Shown one piece after another: positions 26,934 through 39,989 of a stretch of DNA of 64,000 nucleotides (positions are counted from its first letter, which is position 1; every line of letters begins with the position of its first letter). Below the pieces are notes generated by a model. It did no database searches. It had not been told where the DNA came from and saw nothing but the letters and a program-made list of their open reading frames with translations. This DNA comes from Chiloscyllium plagiosum (lineage: Eukaryota): positions 25,100,736 through 25,164,735 of the forward strand of contig NC_057720.1 of assembly GCF_004010195.1 (NCBI RefSeq), read 5' to 3'. The translations under genes were made by a program, and so were the position numbers.

Positions 26934-27384
26934 GTAAGTTTGCAATGACCTAAAACATGCACTGTAATTGGGAATTGAGTCAGAGATTTGAGAAAAGAAA
27001 TTATGCAAAGCTATAAATTGTTTTACTAATGAGAAATGCAGATTGTCTGCACAGTAAGTCACAAATCATATTATATGGTTATAAACCATGACTATCCCCA
27101 ATGAGATATGTAAATCAGCTGTTTTGTTAAGGACATTGAGGGACAGATTGGCAATGCTATTTGGTTATGTCAACTGAAGCCTGATTAAAAACGTTATATG
27201 ATTACAAATAGGATTAAACCTCATAAGGGATGTGCCATTTTACTTTTTTCCTTTAATTCGTTCCGTGTGTGTTTCGTTGGAAATAGCAGCTTTACAGTAT
27301 TTAACCCACATGGCCATTCTCATTGTGAAAGTTGTGGTGATGACAGCCGAAGAGTCCTTGAGCACTGGGGAGGATCATAACTTT

Positions 27385-28315
27385 TCATTTGCAGGATGGC
27401 AAACTATAGCTAGTGGAGTGCTGCAATGATCACTACTGAGGTCTCAACTATTTACAATTTATATTAATGTCGTGAATGAGGAGACGGACTAAACATGGAT
27501 AAGTAAGAAAGCTGGTTGTAAGGAGGATGCAATAAATCTGCAATGGGATAAAGATGGGTTAAGCAAATGGGCAGGAAAATGCCAAGTGGCTTTTCATGTG
27601 AGAAAATGTGAGGTTGACCACTTTGTCAGGAGGAACAGAAAGCAGAACATTATTTGAAATGAAAGAGTCTGTAGAATGCTGCAGTGCAGAGGTATCTGGG
27701 TGGCCTCATACATGAATCAGAAAATGTCAGAATACAGATGAAGTAAGCAATTAGGAAGGGAAACATAATGTTGGCCTTTATTGCAAGGCGAATGAAATAT
27801 ATAAATACAGAGGTTTTGCTACGACTGTAGAAGGCATTAAGGAGATCTTAGCTGGGGTAGCGTGTACAATTTTTATCACTTTTTTTGCTTACTTTGGAAC
27901 CAGTTCATAGGTTCACTAAGCTGATTCCTGGGGTGAGAGGTTTGTCTTATGAAGAAAGATTAAGCAGGTTGAGCCTATACTCATTGGAATTTATGGTAGG
28001 CTACTGCAGAAAATACAGAGATATGGCATTGAGGGTGAGTTCACTAAGCTGATTCCTGGGGTGAGAGGTTTGTCTTATGAAGAAAGATTAAGCAGGTTGA
28101 GCCTATACTCATTGGAATTTAGAAGAATGAGAAGTGATCTTTTGAAAGATAAAAGATTCTGAGGGGGCTTCACAGTATAGATGCTGAAAGGAGATTTTCC
28201 TTCATGGAGACATCTCGTACTAGGAGGCACAGTTTCAAAATGAGGGGCTTTCTATATAAATTGAAGCTGAGGAGGAATTTATTCTGTGAGGATCGTTAGT
28301 GTTAAAAATTCTCTT
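27385..28315 (+). mobile_element. Old CR1-type LINE
   Basis: Degenerate RT/ORF2 motifs (agtggagtgctgcaa...tatattaatg, aaatgtgagg). Contains an 83-bp duplication. Confidence 0.7.
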
Positions 28316-28410
28316 AGGAACACATGAATTAGGAGCAGGTGAAGCCTCCTTGAACCTGCTTCACCTTTCAGTAATATTATGGTTGATCTGATTTACTCCA
28401 TGTTCCTATA

Positions 28411-28556
28411 CAGAGGAACGTTGCTTATCCAAACAAGATTGCAAGATCACCATTCTTTGCTAAACTGTGTTATCTGAACATTCCATTATCCGAACATTTG
28501 ATTATCTGAACAAAATTCTCCCCACCCATGTCGTTTGGATAACTGAGGTTCCTCTG
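28411..28556. mobile_element. Tc1/mariner-superfamily (pogo/Tigger-like) MITE
   Basis: TIRs cagaggaac..ttatccaaac / gtttggataa..gttcctctg, flanked by TA on both sides. Internal ttatcYgaaca repeats. Confidence 0.8.
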
Positions 28557-29540
28557 TATACCCTGACATTTTTCACCCCTTTGCTTATCAAGAATCTATC
28601 TAATTCTGCTATAAAAAAAAATTAAAAAACAGCACATACGCTATGTAGTAGAATAGTAAAGGTTGGATTCTTGAACACTCAAAGCTTACTTGGACAGATT
28701 TTGGATTGAAAAGGCAGTCAAGTGTGATAGCGGGCAGATGAGAAAGTGAACTTAAGACCACAGAATGGCTTTTGTCGGCTCAAAGGGCCAATTTTCAATC
28801 CTGTTTATATTTATGCTTTTATGACTGTGCAAATAAGTGACAACAATACATGAATTTTCTAGCACGGATTAAGTAATAATGAATTAGTATAGGAAATTAA
28901 ACTCATAAGCACCTCTCATCAGGACCTACACTCTGCAATAAGCATGGACAGATTATGTACACTGTGTTCCTTGGCCAACATATCTAACTCAGGTTTGCTG
29001 CAGTCCTGCATTGAAGCTCAACACTAGTTCGAAGAACAACACTCCATTTTCCTTTTGGGGATGCTGCAACCTTCAGTATTCAATGACGAATTCAATAATT
29101 TTAGAGCCTGAGCATCTTCTCCCGTGTCCTTACCCCAAACCCCAAACCCCACACACCAAGGTCTTGTCATCACATAAGCTGTTACCACAGCCATCCCAAT
29201 GTCAGCTAGCAATGGTCCCAACAAGCAGCTATTGACTACCCCAACATTCCTTTGTCTCTCCAACCATTGTTCTCTCTCTCTGAGGGCTTCATCTTCACCT
29301 TTTGTTCCCATATATGGCAGCAAATAAAGCTGGGAATGTACTCATTACTTACCCACCACCCAATACATTTCCTTTTCAGCAGAATGGATCTGGTTGTATG
29401 AAATAGCATGCTAACCTGGGGAATATAGATCATGTTGAATATAGAATATGCACTGCCACATAGATCATAGTGTTTCCAATCAGATGGTACTGCAGAGGAG
29501 TGATCGTGACAAGCTTTGGCAAACATGCTTCTGTTTGCAA

Positions 29541-29616
29541 TTTTTGAAAAGATTTGTAGCTCAGGTTGAGGTTCTGGATGTAAGTTTGCTCACTGAGTTG
29601 GAAGGTATGCTTTCAG
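29541..29616 (-). mobile_element. Family-B PLE terminal fragment
   Basis: Matches 23296-23370. Flanking direct repeat catgcttctgt (29524-29534 and 29617-29627). Confidence 0.75.
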
Positions 29617-30474
29617 CATGCTTCTGTGCAGCAAAACATATCAGCACAAAATAGTTTTTTTTTAAATGACAAATCACTGATTGGCTTCCTACTGCAGTGG
29701 GTCACATCAGTCTACTTCAATAGTTCATCTACATTCAATAAATGGTTAAAGTTGTGGCAAGAATAGAGTGCGGACGGCATTTATTTGGAAAGTGTTACAG
29801 ACAGGGGAAAGATGGTAGGATGGATTCCACCATTTTTTTACCTCCCAACTGACCGCAGATAGGCGTGTTTTTTAAAGGGATATGAAGGTTTTAACCCTCT
29901 GAATGGATTAACTGGGAGAATGGTAAAATACATGATTTCTCATCAATTTTTAAGCAAAAGGAAGAATTAAGTATTTATTTTCCAACACCCAAATATATTT
30001 GCAACAGCACCTACTCACTCATGCACACTGGCATGCACAGATACAAGAAATGGTGATAACAAAAGAGGCAGTATGCATTTAGTCTTTTTAAAACGACCTG
30101 AAATTAATGATTATACTTGATACTGAAATGGAATCTTGAAATGTTGCCGTCCTGGTGGTTTCCTTTTAGCTCACAGAAGAAATGGGGCTTGGTAATTTCT
30201 GATGACAAATTTACCGTGGCTTACTTCTTGCAACAGTATGTTTCTGGCTTTGCACCAGTCTTGTAGATAAAGGGCAAGCCCTAATTCTCTTCCTATGGCA
30301 TGATTTTAGATGATGTCATGTCTTTGCTGGGCTGGATTTCTTCCCTCTGAGCTCCCTTATTTCTCAGACTGGGGTTGCTCTAACATGTCTGTTAATCAAC
30401 ATTCCCCATCACAAAATTGCTTATGTCAAGAGACCCTAGTATCTGTTTCTCCATTGTCGATATGGTAGGTTCCT

Positions 30475-31251
30475 GGTAAATCTTAGCAGGATTTATACAT
30501 TTAATAGTAATGTCCTAGGGAGTGTTGCTGAACAAAGGGACCTTGGAGTGCGGGTTCATTGCTCCTTGAAAGTGGAGTCGCAGGTAGATAGGATAGTGGA
30601 GAAGGCGTTTGGTATGCTTTCCTTTATTGTTCAGAGTATTGAGTACAGGAGTTGGGAGGTCATGTTGTGGCTGTACAGGACATTGGTTAGGCCACTGTTG
30701 GAATATTGCGTGCAGTTCTGGTCTCGTTCCTATTGGAAGGATGTTGTGAAACTTGAAAGGGTTCAGAAAAGATCTGCAAGGATGTTGCCAGGGTTGGAGG
30801 ATTTGAGCTATAGGGAGAAGCTGAACAGGCTGGGGCTGTTTTTTCCTGGAATGTCAGAAGCTGAGGGGTGACCTTATAGAGATTTACAAAATCATGAAGC
30901 GCATGGATAAGATAAATAGACAAAGTATTTTCCCTGGGGTGGGGGTATGCAGAACTAGAGGGCAAAGGTTTAGGATGAGAGAGGAAAGATATAAACAAGA
31001 CCTAAGGGGCAACATTTTCACACAGAGGGTGGTATTTGTATAGAATAAGCTGCCAGAGGAAGTGGTGGAGGCTGGTACAATTGCAACATTTAAAAAGCAT
31101 TTGGGTTGTACATGAATATGAAGGATTTGGAGGGATAAGGGCTGGGTGCTGGCAGGTGGGACTAGATTGGGTTGGGATATCTGGTCGGCATGCACGGGTT
31201 GGACCGAAGAGTCTGTTTCTGTGCTGTATATCTCTATGATTGTATGACTCT
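30475..31251 (+). mobile_element. 5'-truncated CR1-type LINE
   Basis: LYRTLVRPLLEYCVQFWS...LERVQKR; tail ctctatgattgtatgactcta. Confidence 0.9.
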
Positions 31252-31832
31252 ATACACAATAATGCTTCATGTTTTAAACGTAGCATCTCCTTGTGAGAGT
31301 TTCTCCTCACCACCATTCTGTGGAATTCCGTGCTATAGCCAAAAAGTCTGTATAGTGGAACATCGTGACCCTTTTCTTCTGTAGGTATTTGCACAATAGC
31401 AGCTGTTAAATCAAAAGGAAAGATCTATTGCATTTAAATGTCCTCTCAATGAAATGTCCCTATTGGTAATTTACATTTTAATATCCTGTTGAGACAAGCA
31501 GGCTAACTTTCCATCTTATGCTTTTGCATGTATATTGGTAAACAGGAAGGGATGTCACCTGATCTCCTAACTCCCATCTTGTTTTGAAAGTAGATTGTCC
31601 ATTTCCATTTGCTTAAAAAAAGTTCACTCTTCATCAACCCAATAGTATATTTGCGTGAGCATGACCAAAGTTGAAAATGTGTAGCCCCAGTAAGAAGGCC
31701 TATACCACTCGTTAAAGCCACATGTGATTATTTTAAAATTTTAAATTTAATAATATCTACCAGAATTAATGAAAAAACTGATGTTGTTCTAAAGAAGATT
31801 TTCTCAAATGTATTTTATTCTGAATTGCAAAG

Positions 31833-31914
31833 GAAGAAACTTATCAAGATGAAAGGGACCGAAAACAGAGTGAAGAAAATGATCTTTCGGAGTTGGAGAT
31901 TGCAGGGGAGGAGG
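31833..31914 (+). CDS. SZT2: SZT2 coding exon 7
   Basis: gcaaAG acceptor; EETYQDERDRKQSEENDLSELEIAGEE; donor G|GTAAGG. Bridges phase 0 to 1 exactly. Confidence 0.82.
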
Positions 31915-32739
31915 GTAAGGTATTCGGGAATTTCACAGTATGGTGTGATTTAATCGCCATTTATGTTCACTGACACAAATAATGGTTTAGTTTTGAATTA
32001 TTAATGAATTAATTGCGTTGAGGAGTGTAGTTTATTCTAAATATTGCACCCATTATCTGCATCTACCAGGTTAGATGAGAGTTGAATGCAAAATATAATT
32101 CTGAAACTCTATAAGTAATTAGACTTAATTTCAAATTCTGAAGACTTTCTACCATATCTTTATGATATTAAATGAAAAACTCATTATAACATTTCTTGTT
32201 TCCATGGTGACCATCCTTGTGAATTGACAGAGCAACAATTCCAACTTGGGTCGATTCAAGAGCTGGATTCATTGGGAATTATGATTTCTTGGAATTCAGT
32301 TTTGAGCACTAAGTCATCAAAGAGAATGTTGATGGTCATTACAATGGTCTATTCAGAACACATGCCCACTCTGAGATGCTCTAACATATATGGATTCTGG
32401 GTAATCCAAGATGGAGGACGGGAAAAAGTTGTGGCTGTAAGAGTAGCACCTTTTTTGAGGTATTTTCAATATTGGAGCTGATTTCCTCGAATTCTAGGAG
32501 CAGTATTTACTCTTTTATAAGCTGTTGCATTGTTTTGGAACTTTGGGGGGATAAAAGATCAAAACAATGGCACTTTTAAAAAAATGAGGAAGGGAGACAA
32601 AGGCAGTGACTACAAGGTGGGAAGTGAATCAATGGAGAAAGAAACCTACACTGCTGTCTGACCCAGCAGTGACCCTTCACAGCTACTGCCTATGCTGTTT
32701 GACTTCAAGAATCTCTGAACATCGGAGTTCATCAAAGAT

Positions 32740-32990
32740 AAGTGACCTAAAAGGCAATTTTTCCATGCAGAGAGTAGTGGTTGTATGGAATGAACTGCCC
32801 GAGGAAGTAGTGGAGGGTGGTATAATTACAACATTTAAAAGGCATCTGGATGGGTTTATGAATAGGAAGGACTTAGAGGGACATGGACCAAATGCTGGCA
32901 AATGGGACAAGCTTCATATAGGATATCTGATTAGCATGGACAAGTTAGATTGAAGTGTCTGTTTCTGTGCTATATATCTCTATGACTCTA
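32740..32990 (+). mobile_element. CR1-type LINE 3' fragment
   Basis: WNELPEEVVE...FKRHLDG and tail ctctatgactcta. Confidence 0.85.
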
Positions 32991-33183
32991 TATGCGACTT
33001 CAGAAATAGTATCTTTAAGGGTCTGAATTTATCTTTCAAAATTTCAGGTTTCAATCGAGTAACAGCCATTTTATTTCAAAGCTGTCAGCTAGTATTTAAT
33101 GTGTTGAACTTTTGAGATTGTTATGAGATAAGTTAATATCAGTATGTTGCATTGTTGTGATTTTGCTTTCTGAAATCAAATAG

Positions 33184-33480
33184 GCAATATATCTGGTTGT
33201 GGTGTAGTGACAGAGAGTGATCCAGACCTGGAAGTGGAATATCGAGAAAGATCTGACAAAGAAGTACAGGATGCAGAATCACTCTCAGATACAAACACTA
33301 TGAATAGGGATGATGATTCATTCAGTGTCCTTGGTGGAGATTCTTTAAATGAACAAGACATTTCAGATCAGGAAATGCCCCCATTATTTGTTCATCTCAC
33401 TTGCTCAATTGGTGGGAAGAAGCGCCATGGACCATTCTCTGTAGAATCCATACCAGTGGAGTCATTGCCTACTTGCCTTG
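33184..33480 (+). CDS. SZT2: SZT2 coding exon 8
   Basis: aaatAG acceptor; GNISGCGVVTESDPDLEVEYRE...MPPLFVHLTCS...SLPTCL; donor G|GTAAGT. Confidence 0.92.
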
Positions 33481-34080
33481 GTAAGTGATGAGCTTAATTT
33501 TTAAAGATTAGCTAAAATAATAATGTTTTCTTGTAAATAATTTTTAAACATTTTCTCCATTCCCAGTGGTATTTTCAATTTGTGAATTGGGAAGCTTGGC
33601 TGCACTCCTGCTGACAGGCTTGTATGTGCAGCCTATCAATTGGAGACAGTTGGCTCTTCCCTTGCCTCTGCTTTACTGTCAGCTTGATGTCTGCCGGTGA
33701 TGATAAAGCATTAATGAGGAGAGATTTAGATGCAAACTTGGGTCATGTCATTCAGTACAGTAATTGTGCTTGCAGTTGTTACACATTTGTAGTATTCATT
33801 TCAAACGTGAACCTGTGCACAGCATTGAATGAGCAGCACGTGCACTTTATCAGTTTGATGGAGCACAGGATCACTTAAATTTTCTGACTGTACTTGCTCA
33901 GGAATCTGATGTGTTTGAAATGCTTTGGGTCTGGTAAATTGTTCACTGAGAGAGAATCAGCTGTTTGGATTTGGAATATTGCAAAACTATTGTTCTCACT
34001 GGAGCATCAGTTTCTTGTGTCACTGATGATTGGTTGTACCATAGGAAATTCTTCTTAAATGTTGAACTGTCTTCATTCAG

Positions 34081-34216
34081 GTGAAATTATCAGCTGCCCG
34101 GAGAGCTTCCCAGTCAAATCAATTGATCTAAATGACTTAGTTGTTACTCTGGACATTTTTGTGCTGACTCTTCCATTGGAAATTGAGATTATGCCAACAC
34201 ATGTAAACCACCACAG
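34081..34216 (+). CDS. SZT2: SZT2 coding exon 9
   Basis: cttcattcAG acceptor; GEIISCPE...DLVVTLDIFVLTLPLEIE...NHHR; donor AG|GTAGGT. Confidence 0.9.
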
Positions 34217-34984
34217 GTAGGTCAAGAGTATTATATCTGTTTTGAAAGTCTCAGCTGTAGAGTGCATAGCGAAATGAGTAAATCCTTCATCTCAGAGTAG
34301 ACAGGACCTTAACATTTCGTTCAGAAAGTTCAACTATAATTATGTGCTCAAGAGTCCACTAAGTCTGAATGAAGATTGTTACTACTGGCCAAGAAGGATA
34401 CTTTCACAGAGTTTAAGACATGACTGTTGGAGTAAAGTATTGGCCACACTTCTGGAAAACGATCCAATGAGTAATCCATGTGCTTTCAGTAAAAACAAAT
34501 TGAATTTTTCAACACAAATACAGGCATCTGGCCCATCAGAATTTCCTTGGAGCACTTCTTCATATGACCACCTCGGCCTAATTTGAATCTGCTTTGCTTT
34601 CTGCCTTCTCAAATGTGCCTCTTGCTCAAACAATGAACTCCCTTTCAAACAAAATATGTGGACTGTACTCAGTAAGTTTATGACAAAGAAGATCTGTACA
34701 AAGGCATTCTTAAGTATTTATTCGTTCAGAGAATTTGGGCGTTGCTAGCTCAGCCAATTTGTATTGCCCATCTCTCCTTGCCATTGAGAAAATGGTGGTG
34801 AACTCTTCAACTGGTGCTGTCCATGTATTGAAGGTGCGTCCATAGAGATGGTTCCAGGGTTTTGATCAGTTCAGTAGAGGACCCATAGTATAGTTCCAAG
34901 TTCAGATGAAACGTACCTTGGAGGGAAGCTTTCAGGTGGTGGTGTTTTCATTTTCTGTAGCCTGTGGCCTTCCAGAAGAGAGAG

Positions 34985-35413
34985 GCTTCAAAGAGATGTA
35001 CAAAACTCTGGCGCAGCCACATTTGGAGTATTGCGTACAGTTCTGGTCACTGCATATAGGAAGAATGTGGAAGCTTTGAAAAGGGTGCAGAAGATATTTG
35101 CCTGGTATGCAGGATGTTGCCTGGTATGAAGGGAAGGTCTTATGAGGAAAGGCTGATGGACTTGAGGCTGTTTTCGTTAGAGACAAGGTTAAAAGGTTAC
35201 TTAATTGAGACACATTAGATAATCAGAGGGTTCGATAGGGTGGACAGTGAGAGCTTTTTTTCCTCAGATGGTGATGGCTAGCACGAGGGGACATAGCTTT
35301 AAAGCTTTGAAAATTGAATAGTGTAGGGTAGATAGTCTTCAGATTATTCCACAAGTCAGCGCAACATCGGGGGCTGAAGGGCCTGTACTGCGTTGTAATG
35401 TTCTGTGTTCTAT
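34985..35413 (+). mobile_element. CR1-type LINE 3' fragment inserted in an older repeat
   Basis: YKTL..PHLEYCVQFWS motif and tail gaagggcctgtactgcgttgtaatgttctgtgttcta. Confidence 0.7.
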
Positions 35414-36149
35414 ATTTGGAAGGTGCTATTGAAGGGCTATAGGTCAGTTTAGCAGTTTTTCTCTGGATGGTATGTACTGCTGCTGCTGTGAATTAGTCGA
35501 TGCAGGGACTGAATGTTGAAGGTGGTACATGCAGTATGAATCAAAAAAAGGTGTCAAGCTTCTTGAGTGTTGTTGGAGCTGCACTGAGTAGGCATGTGGA
35601 AAGTATTGTGGATTGTTATTACTGCCTTCTGGGTGGTAGCTGTCATAGAATTTCTAGCTCCTAACATGCTGTTGTAGCCACCGTAATAATCTGGTCAATG
35701 ACAAACTGAGGATGTTGATAGTAGGGCATTCAACAAAGATCATGCCAATGAATATCAAGAGAAAATCATTATGTTCTCTCTTGTTGGAGATGGTTATTGC
35801 TTGACATTTGTATGGTGCAAATGTTTCTTGCTACTTATTAGCCAAAGTTTGGATACTGTCCAGATCTTGCTTTATGTGGGCATATTTTATTCAGTGTCTC
35901 TGCTAGGTCTAGCAATGTTGTCATTTAGATTATGTAGTTCTGTAGAAATGAGTAGAAGTCTATTTGCCTGCCCACGCTGTACTTGAGTTATGGTGTTGTC
36001 TGAGACAAGAGCAGATGTTTACATGTTATACTCAATTTCAGGCTACATTGACTTTGTGGTACTTTTTCCAAGGACAGCTGTGCTATTGTAAATTAATTTG
36101 TGTAGGCTTTTTGTGTCTAACTCTTTACAAATATTCTCATTGTCTCTAG

Positions 36150-36266
36150 GTACACATCTGAAAGCAGCAGCTCTATGAACCGATCACCAGGCCAACCATC
36201 ATCATATCGATCTGATGACGAGATAATGCAAAACATTGATCGACTTGTTTCTACCACAGATGAAAG
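36150..36266 (+). CDS. SZT2: SZT2 coding exon 10
   Basis: tgtctctAG acceptor; YTSESSSSMNRSPGQPSSYRSDD...TTDE; donor AG|GTATGG. Confidence 0.88.
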
Positions 36267-37250
36267 GTATGGTCTGCTGAGAACTAATTTTAGAATAATT
36301 CGTCCTGGTAAGATTTTTCTTGAGGAAATTGTCAGAATTTGCTTAATCTATTTCAATTTGAAATTATCTGCATGAGCAGCATGCTATTTCCAAAGTGAAA
36401 AAATGTAAAATATCAGCAGTGTATTTCAGGATAACATTTTAGGTCTACTGTATGAAGCTCTGCTGTCATTTGTGAAAATTACTTGCTAGTATAATATCCT
36501 AATCAAAAGTAATTTCTTTCAGCAATTTGTAACTGATTTATAACAGCTTGCACTGTGGAAACCATGGACCCAAGCTTAGCTTAGAATTTCAAGTTTTCTA
36601 ACATTCTGCAGCTGGATTCTTAGAAAAACGATCTTATGGAAGTAATTAATTTGTTAAGCATTGGACATAGTGCTAGCGACCTATAAAGAATGCCGGTAGA
36701 AGCTCAGCGATATTTATCTTTGCATTTTAATAGGACATAGAACAGTGCAGTGCAGTACAAATCCTTCAGCCCACGATGTTGTGCCCAGTATTTATCTTAA
36801 TCTAAGATCAACCTAACCTACACACCCATCAATTTACTGCTGTCCATGTGCTTGTCCAGCAGGTACCTCCTTCCCAAGATCCACAAGCCTGACCACCCTG
36901 GCCGACCCATTGTCTCAGCATGCTCCTGCCCCATTGAACTCATCTCTACCTACCTCGACACTGTTCTATCCCCCCTAGTCCAGGAACTCACCACATACGT
37001 GCGAGACACCACCCAAGCCCTCCACCTCCTCCAAGACTTCCGTTTCCCCGACCCCCAACACCTCATCTTCACCATGGATATCCAATCCCTCTGCACCTCT
37101 ATCAGCCATGACCAGGGCCTCCAAGCCCTCCGTTTTTTCCTCTCCAGACGTCCCCAACAGTACCCTTCCACCGACATTCTCATTCGTTTGGCCGAACTGG
37201 TCCTCACCCTTAACAATTTCTCCTTTGATTCCTCCCACTTCCTCCAGACC

Positions 37251-38242
37251 NNNNNNNNNNNNNNNNNNNNNNNNNNNNNNNNNNNNNNNNNNNNNNNNNN
37301 NNNNNNNNNNNNNNNNNNNNNNNNNNNNNNNNNNNNNNNNNNNNNNNNNNNNNNNNNNNNNNNNNNNNNNNNNNNNNNNNNNNNNNNNNNNNNNNNNNNN
37401 NNNNNNNNNNNNNNNNNNNNNNNNNNNNNNNNNNNNNNNNNNNNNNNNNNNNNNNNNNNNNNNNNNNNNNNNNNNNNNNNNNNNNNNNNNNNNNNNNNNN
37501 NNNNNNNNNNNNNNNNNNNNNNNNNNNNNNNNNNNNNNNNNNNNNNNNNNNNNNNNNNNNNNNNNNNNNNNNNNNNNNNNNNNNNNNNNNNNNNNNNNNN
37601 NNNNNNNNNNNNNNNNNNNNNNNNNNNNNNNNNNNNNNNNNNNNNNNNNNNNNNNNNNNNNNNNNNNNNNNNNNNNNNNNNNNNNNNNNNNNNNNNNNNN
37701 NNNNNNNNNNNNNNNNNNNNNNNNNNNNNNNNNNNNNNNNNNNNNNNNNNNNNNNNNNNNNNNNNNNNNNNNNNNNNNNNNNNNNNNNNNNNNNNNNNNN
37801 NNNNNNNNNNNNNNNNNNNNNNNNNNNNNNNNNNNNNNNNNNNNNNNNNNNNNNNNNNNNNNNNNNNNNNNNNNNNNNNNNNNNNNNNNNNNNNNNNNNN
37901 NNNNNNNNNNNNNNNNNNNNNNNNNNNNNNNNNNNNNNNNNNNNNNNNNNNNNNNNNNNNNNNNNNNNNNNNNNNNNNNNNNNNNNNNNNNNNNNNNNNN
38001 NNNNNNNNNNNNNNNNNNNNNNNNNNNNNNNNNNNNNNNNNNNNNNNNNNNNNNNNNNNNNNNNNNNNNNNNNNNNNNNNNNNNNNNNNNNNNNNNNNNN
38101 NNNNNNNNNNNNNNNNNNNNNNNNNNNNNNNNNNNNNNNNNNNNNNNNNNNNNNNNNNNNNNNNNNNNNNNNNNNNNNNNNNNNNNNNNNNNNNNNNNNN
38201 NNNNNNNNNNNNNNNNNNNNNNNNNNNNNNNNNNNNNNNNNN
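37251..38242. other. Assembly gap (992 N)
   Basis: Run of N. Confidence 1.
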
Positions 38243-38390
38243 CTCCTTTTCCACCTATCCACTCCACCCTCTCCTCCCTGACCTATCACCTTCATCTCCT
38301 CCCCCACTCACCTATTGTACTCTATGCTACTCTCTCCCCCACCCCACCCTCCTCTAGCTTATCTCTCCACGCTTCAGGCTCTCTGCCTTT

Positions 38391-38426
38391 ATTCCTGATG
38401 AAGGGCTTTTGCCCGAAACGTCGATT
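38391..38426 (+). ncRNA. Minimal type-I hammerhead ribozyme motif
   Basis: ATTC-CTGATGA-A-GGGC-TTTT-GCCC-GAAA-C-GTC-GATT: intact core, stem II, palindromic ACGT stem III and GUC cleavage triplet. Activity untested. Confidence 0.8.
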
Positions 38427-39989
38427 TTGCTGCTCCTTGGATGCTGCCTGAACTGCTGTGCTCTTCCAGCACCACTAATCCAGAATCTGGTTTCCAGCAT
38501 CTGCAGTCACTGTTTTTACCTCGCTTAAATTTTACTCTAATTTTACACCAAACTCAAAACTTTTATTTATTTAGTAGCTTTTTGTGTGCAACGCTATCAA
38601 AAGCTTTTTTTGGAAATCAAAATGTAAGTGTTAATACTTACCATAGTCTATTTTGGGCTGTTAACTTCCTATAAGAAGCCAAGCAATTTAGTCAGGCAGG
38701 ATTTTCTGCTTCTGAATCTACACTGACAGCTACCAACTGGATTATTGTTGTACAGATTTCAAATTTACCCTTTATTGCTTTATGTTACTTGCAGTGAAAG
38801 TAAACCTAAGGGATCTGCAATTGTCATTGGCTGTTTTGTTCAGCTTTTCTGAATATAGGCACCAAAGTATGCTGGTTTAAATCTGCTGTAGTCCACAACA
38901 TGTAATGATTTGTCAGTGCGTCTCAAATATCTTTGTCTTTCTCACCTGGGATAAATACCATTTATCTTTGAAATACTCAGCAGGTCTGGCAGCATCTGTG
39001 AAGAGCTAAGCAGAGTTAGTGGGCCAGATTTTCATGGAGGAAATGGGAAACCTCGCAATTAAAGGAGATACATGAGCCAAAAAGGCTTCCCATCCCTAAT
39101 CCCAACCATATTTTTGCTCTGGTGCAGGCGGTGGAGTCAGATCCACTGCTTTTGGTGGCTGTTTAGATTATTTAGGTGTGAGAATGTCTGACAGGATGCT
39201 TCTAAGATGTTCTCTGGAATTTTCGAACAGATTTATTAAAGGCTTTTAGACCTTAATCTTCAGTCCTCACACCCTTACCCACTCGCATTTGAAAGGTCTC
39301 CTGAGTCATTTTGACTCAGTGAAAATCCACAGAAATGCAAGTATTAATTACTTTTTATCAGAACAACAATAAATTAGAAATGTAATATATTTAAGCAGAT
39401 TTATGGGCAGAGGAGCAGTGGTAGTGGAGAACAAACAGAAAGGACTGTGGTATATTAATGTAGACCTTCCTTTTTTGTTCTTCTTTCCTACCAATGTCCC
39501 CTTTCCCTGCTTTTATACTTTATTTAAACCTATCACATGTCTACCTTATTCCAGTTCTGATGAAAAGTCATCTGAAACATCAACTATATTTTTTAAAAGA
39601 TACTGACAAGCTTTCCTGAGTATTTTCAGAATTTTCTGATTTTTCTTCTGGATTTCTAGTATGAACCATATTTTGGCTTTTGTATAATTTATCCTTGGCA
39701 ATTTATTTGCTTTGAGCATAACACAAGCTTTAGTCTTAGTTGCCATGAAGTAATATGTCTGTTGACTTTGTTTAAAGAGGGCATGTAGTCAATGTCCCTT
39801 ACAAATATGTCAAGACTATTTAAATTATTTATTGTTCATGGTCCTTCATCAACTGCTTTGTCGCTGTTGTACCTGTGAAATGATTATTTTATTGATATTC
39901 TCATCCTTGGCTATTAAGCCTTTTGTAAGTCTGTCGTTGCTACATGATCACCATTTCTTATGGTTCAAAGATTGGTGTTGGAGACATGG

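Larger units (their letters stand above)
36864..38521 (+). mobile_element. Penelope-like retroelement (family A): RT fragment, gap, 3' end with hammerhead
   Basis: Open frame YLLPKIHKPDHPGRPIVSACSCP...FTMDIQSL...LVLTLNNFSF is typical of PLE reverse transcriptase. After the gap come a pyrimidine-rich tract and the terminus shared with the short palindromic copies. Confidence 0.88.

Noticed and set aside
28425..28545. Short spaced repeats ttatcYgaaca resembling an array
   Set aside because: Internal repeats of a TA-flanked MITE. Eukaryotic context and no CRISPR-like repeat-spacer regularity.
29860..30430. Possible LTR-like segment
   Set aside because: No convincing termini or TSD identified by eye.
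36846..38451. 365-503 aa ORFs in the ORF track
   Set aside because: Artefacts of translating the N gap. Only 36864-37250 is real coding-like sequence (PLE RT).
39555..39585. ctgatgaaaagtcatctgaaac, hammerhead-like (similar at about 62433)
   Set aside because: Probably an old PLE end, but stem II cannot form, so it is not called as a ribozyme.
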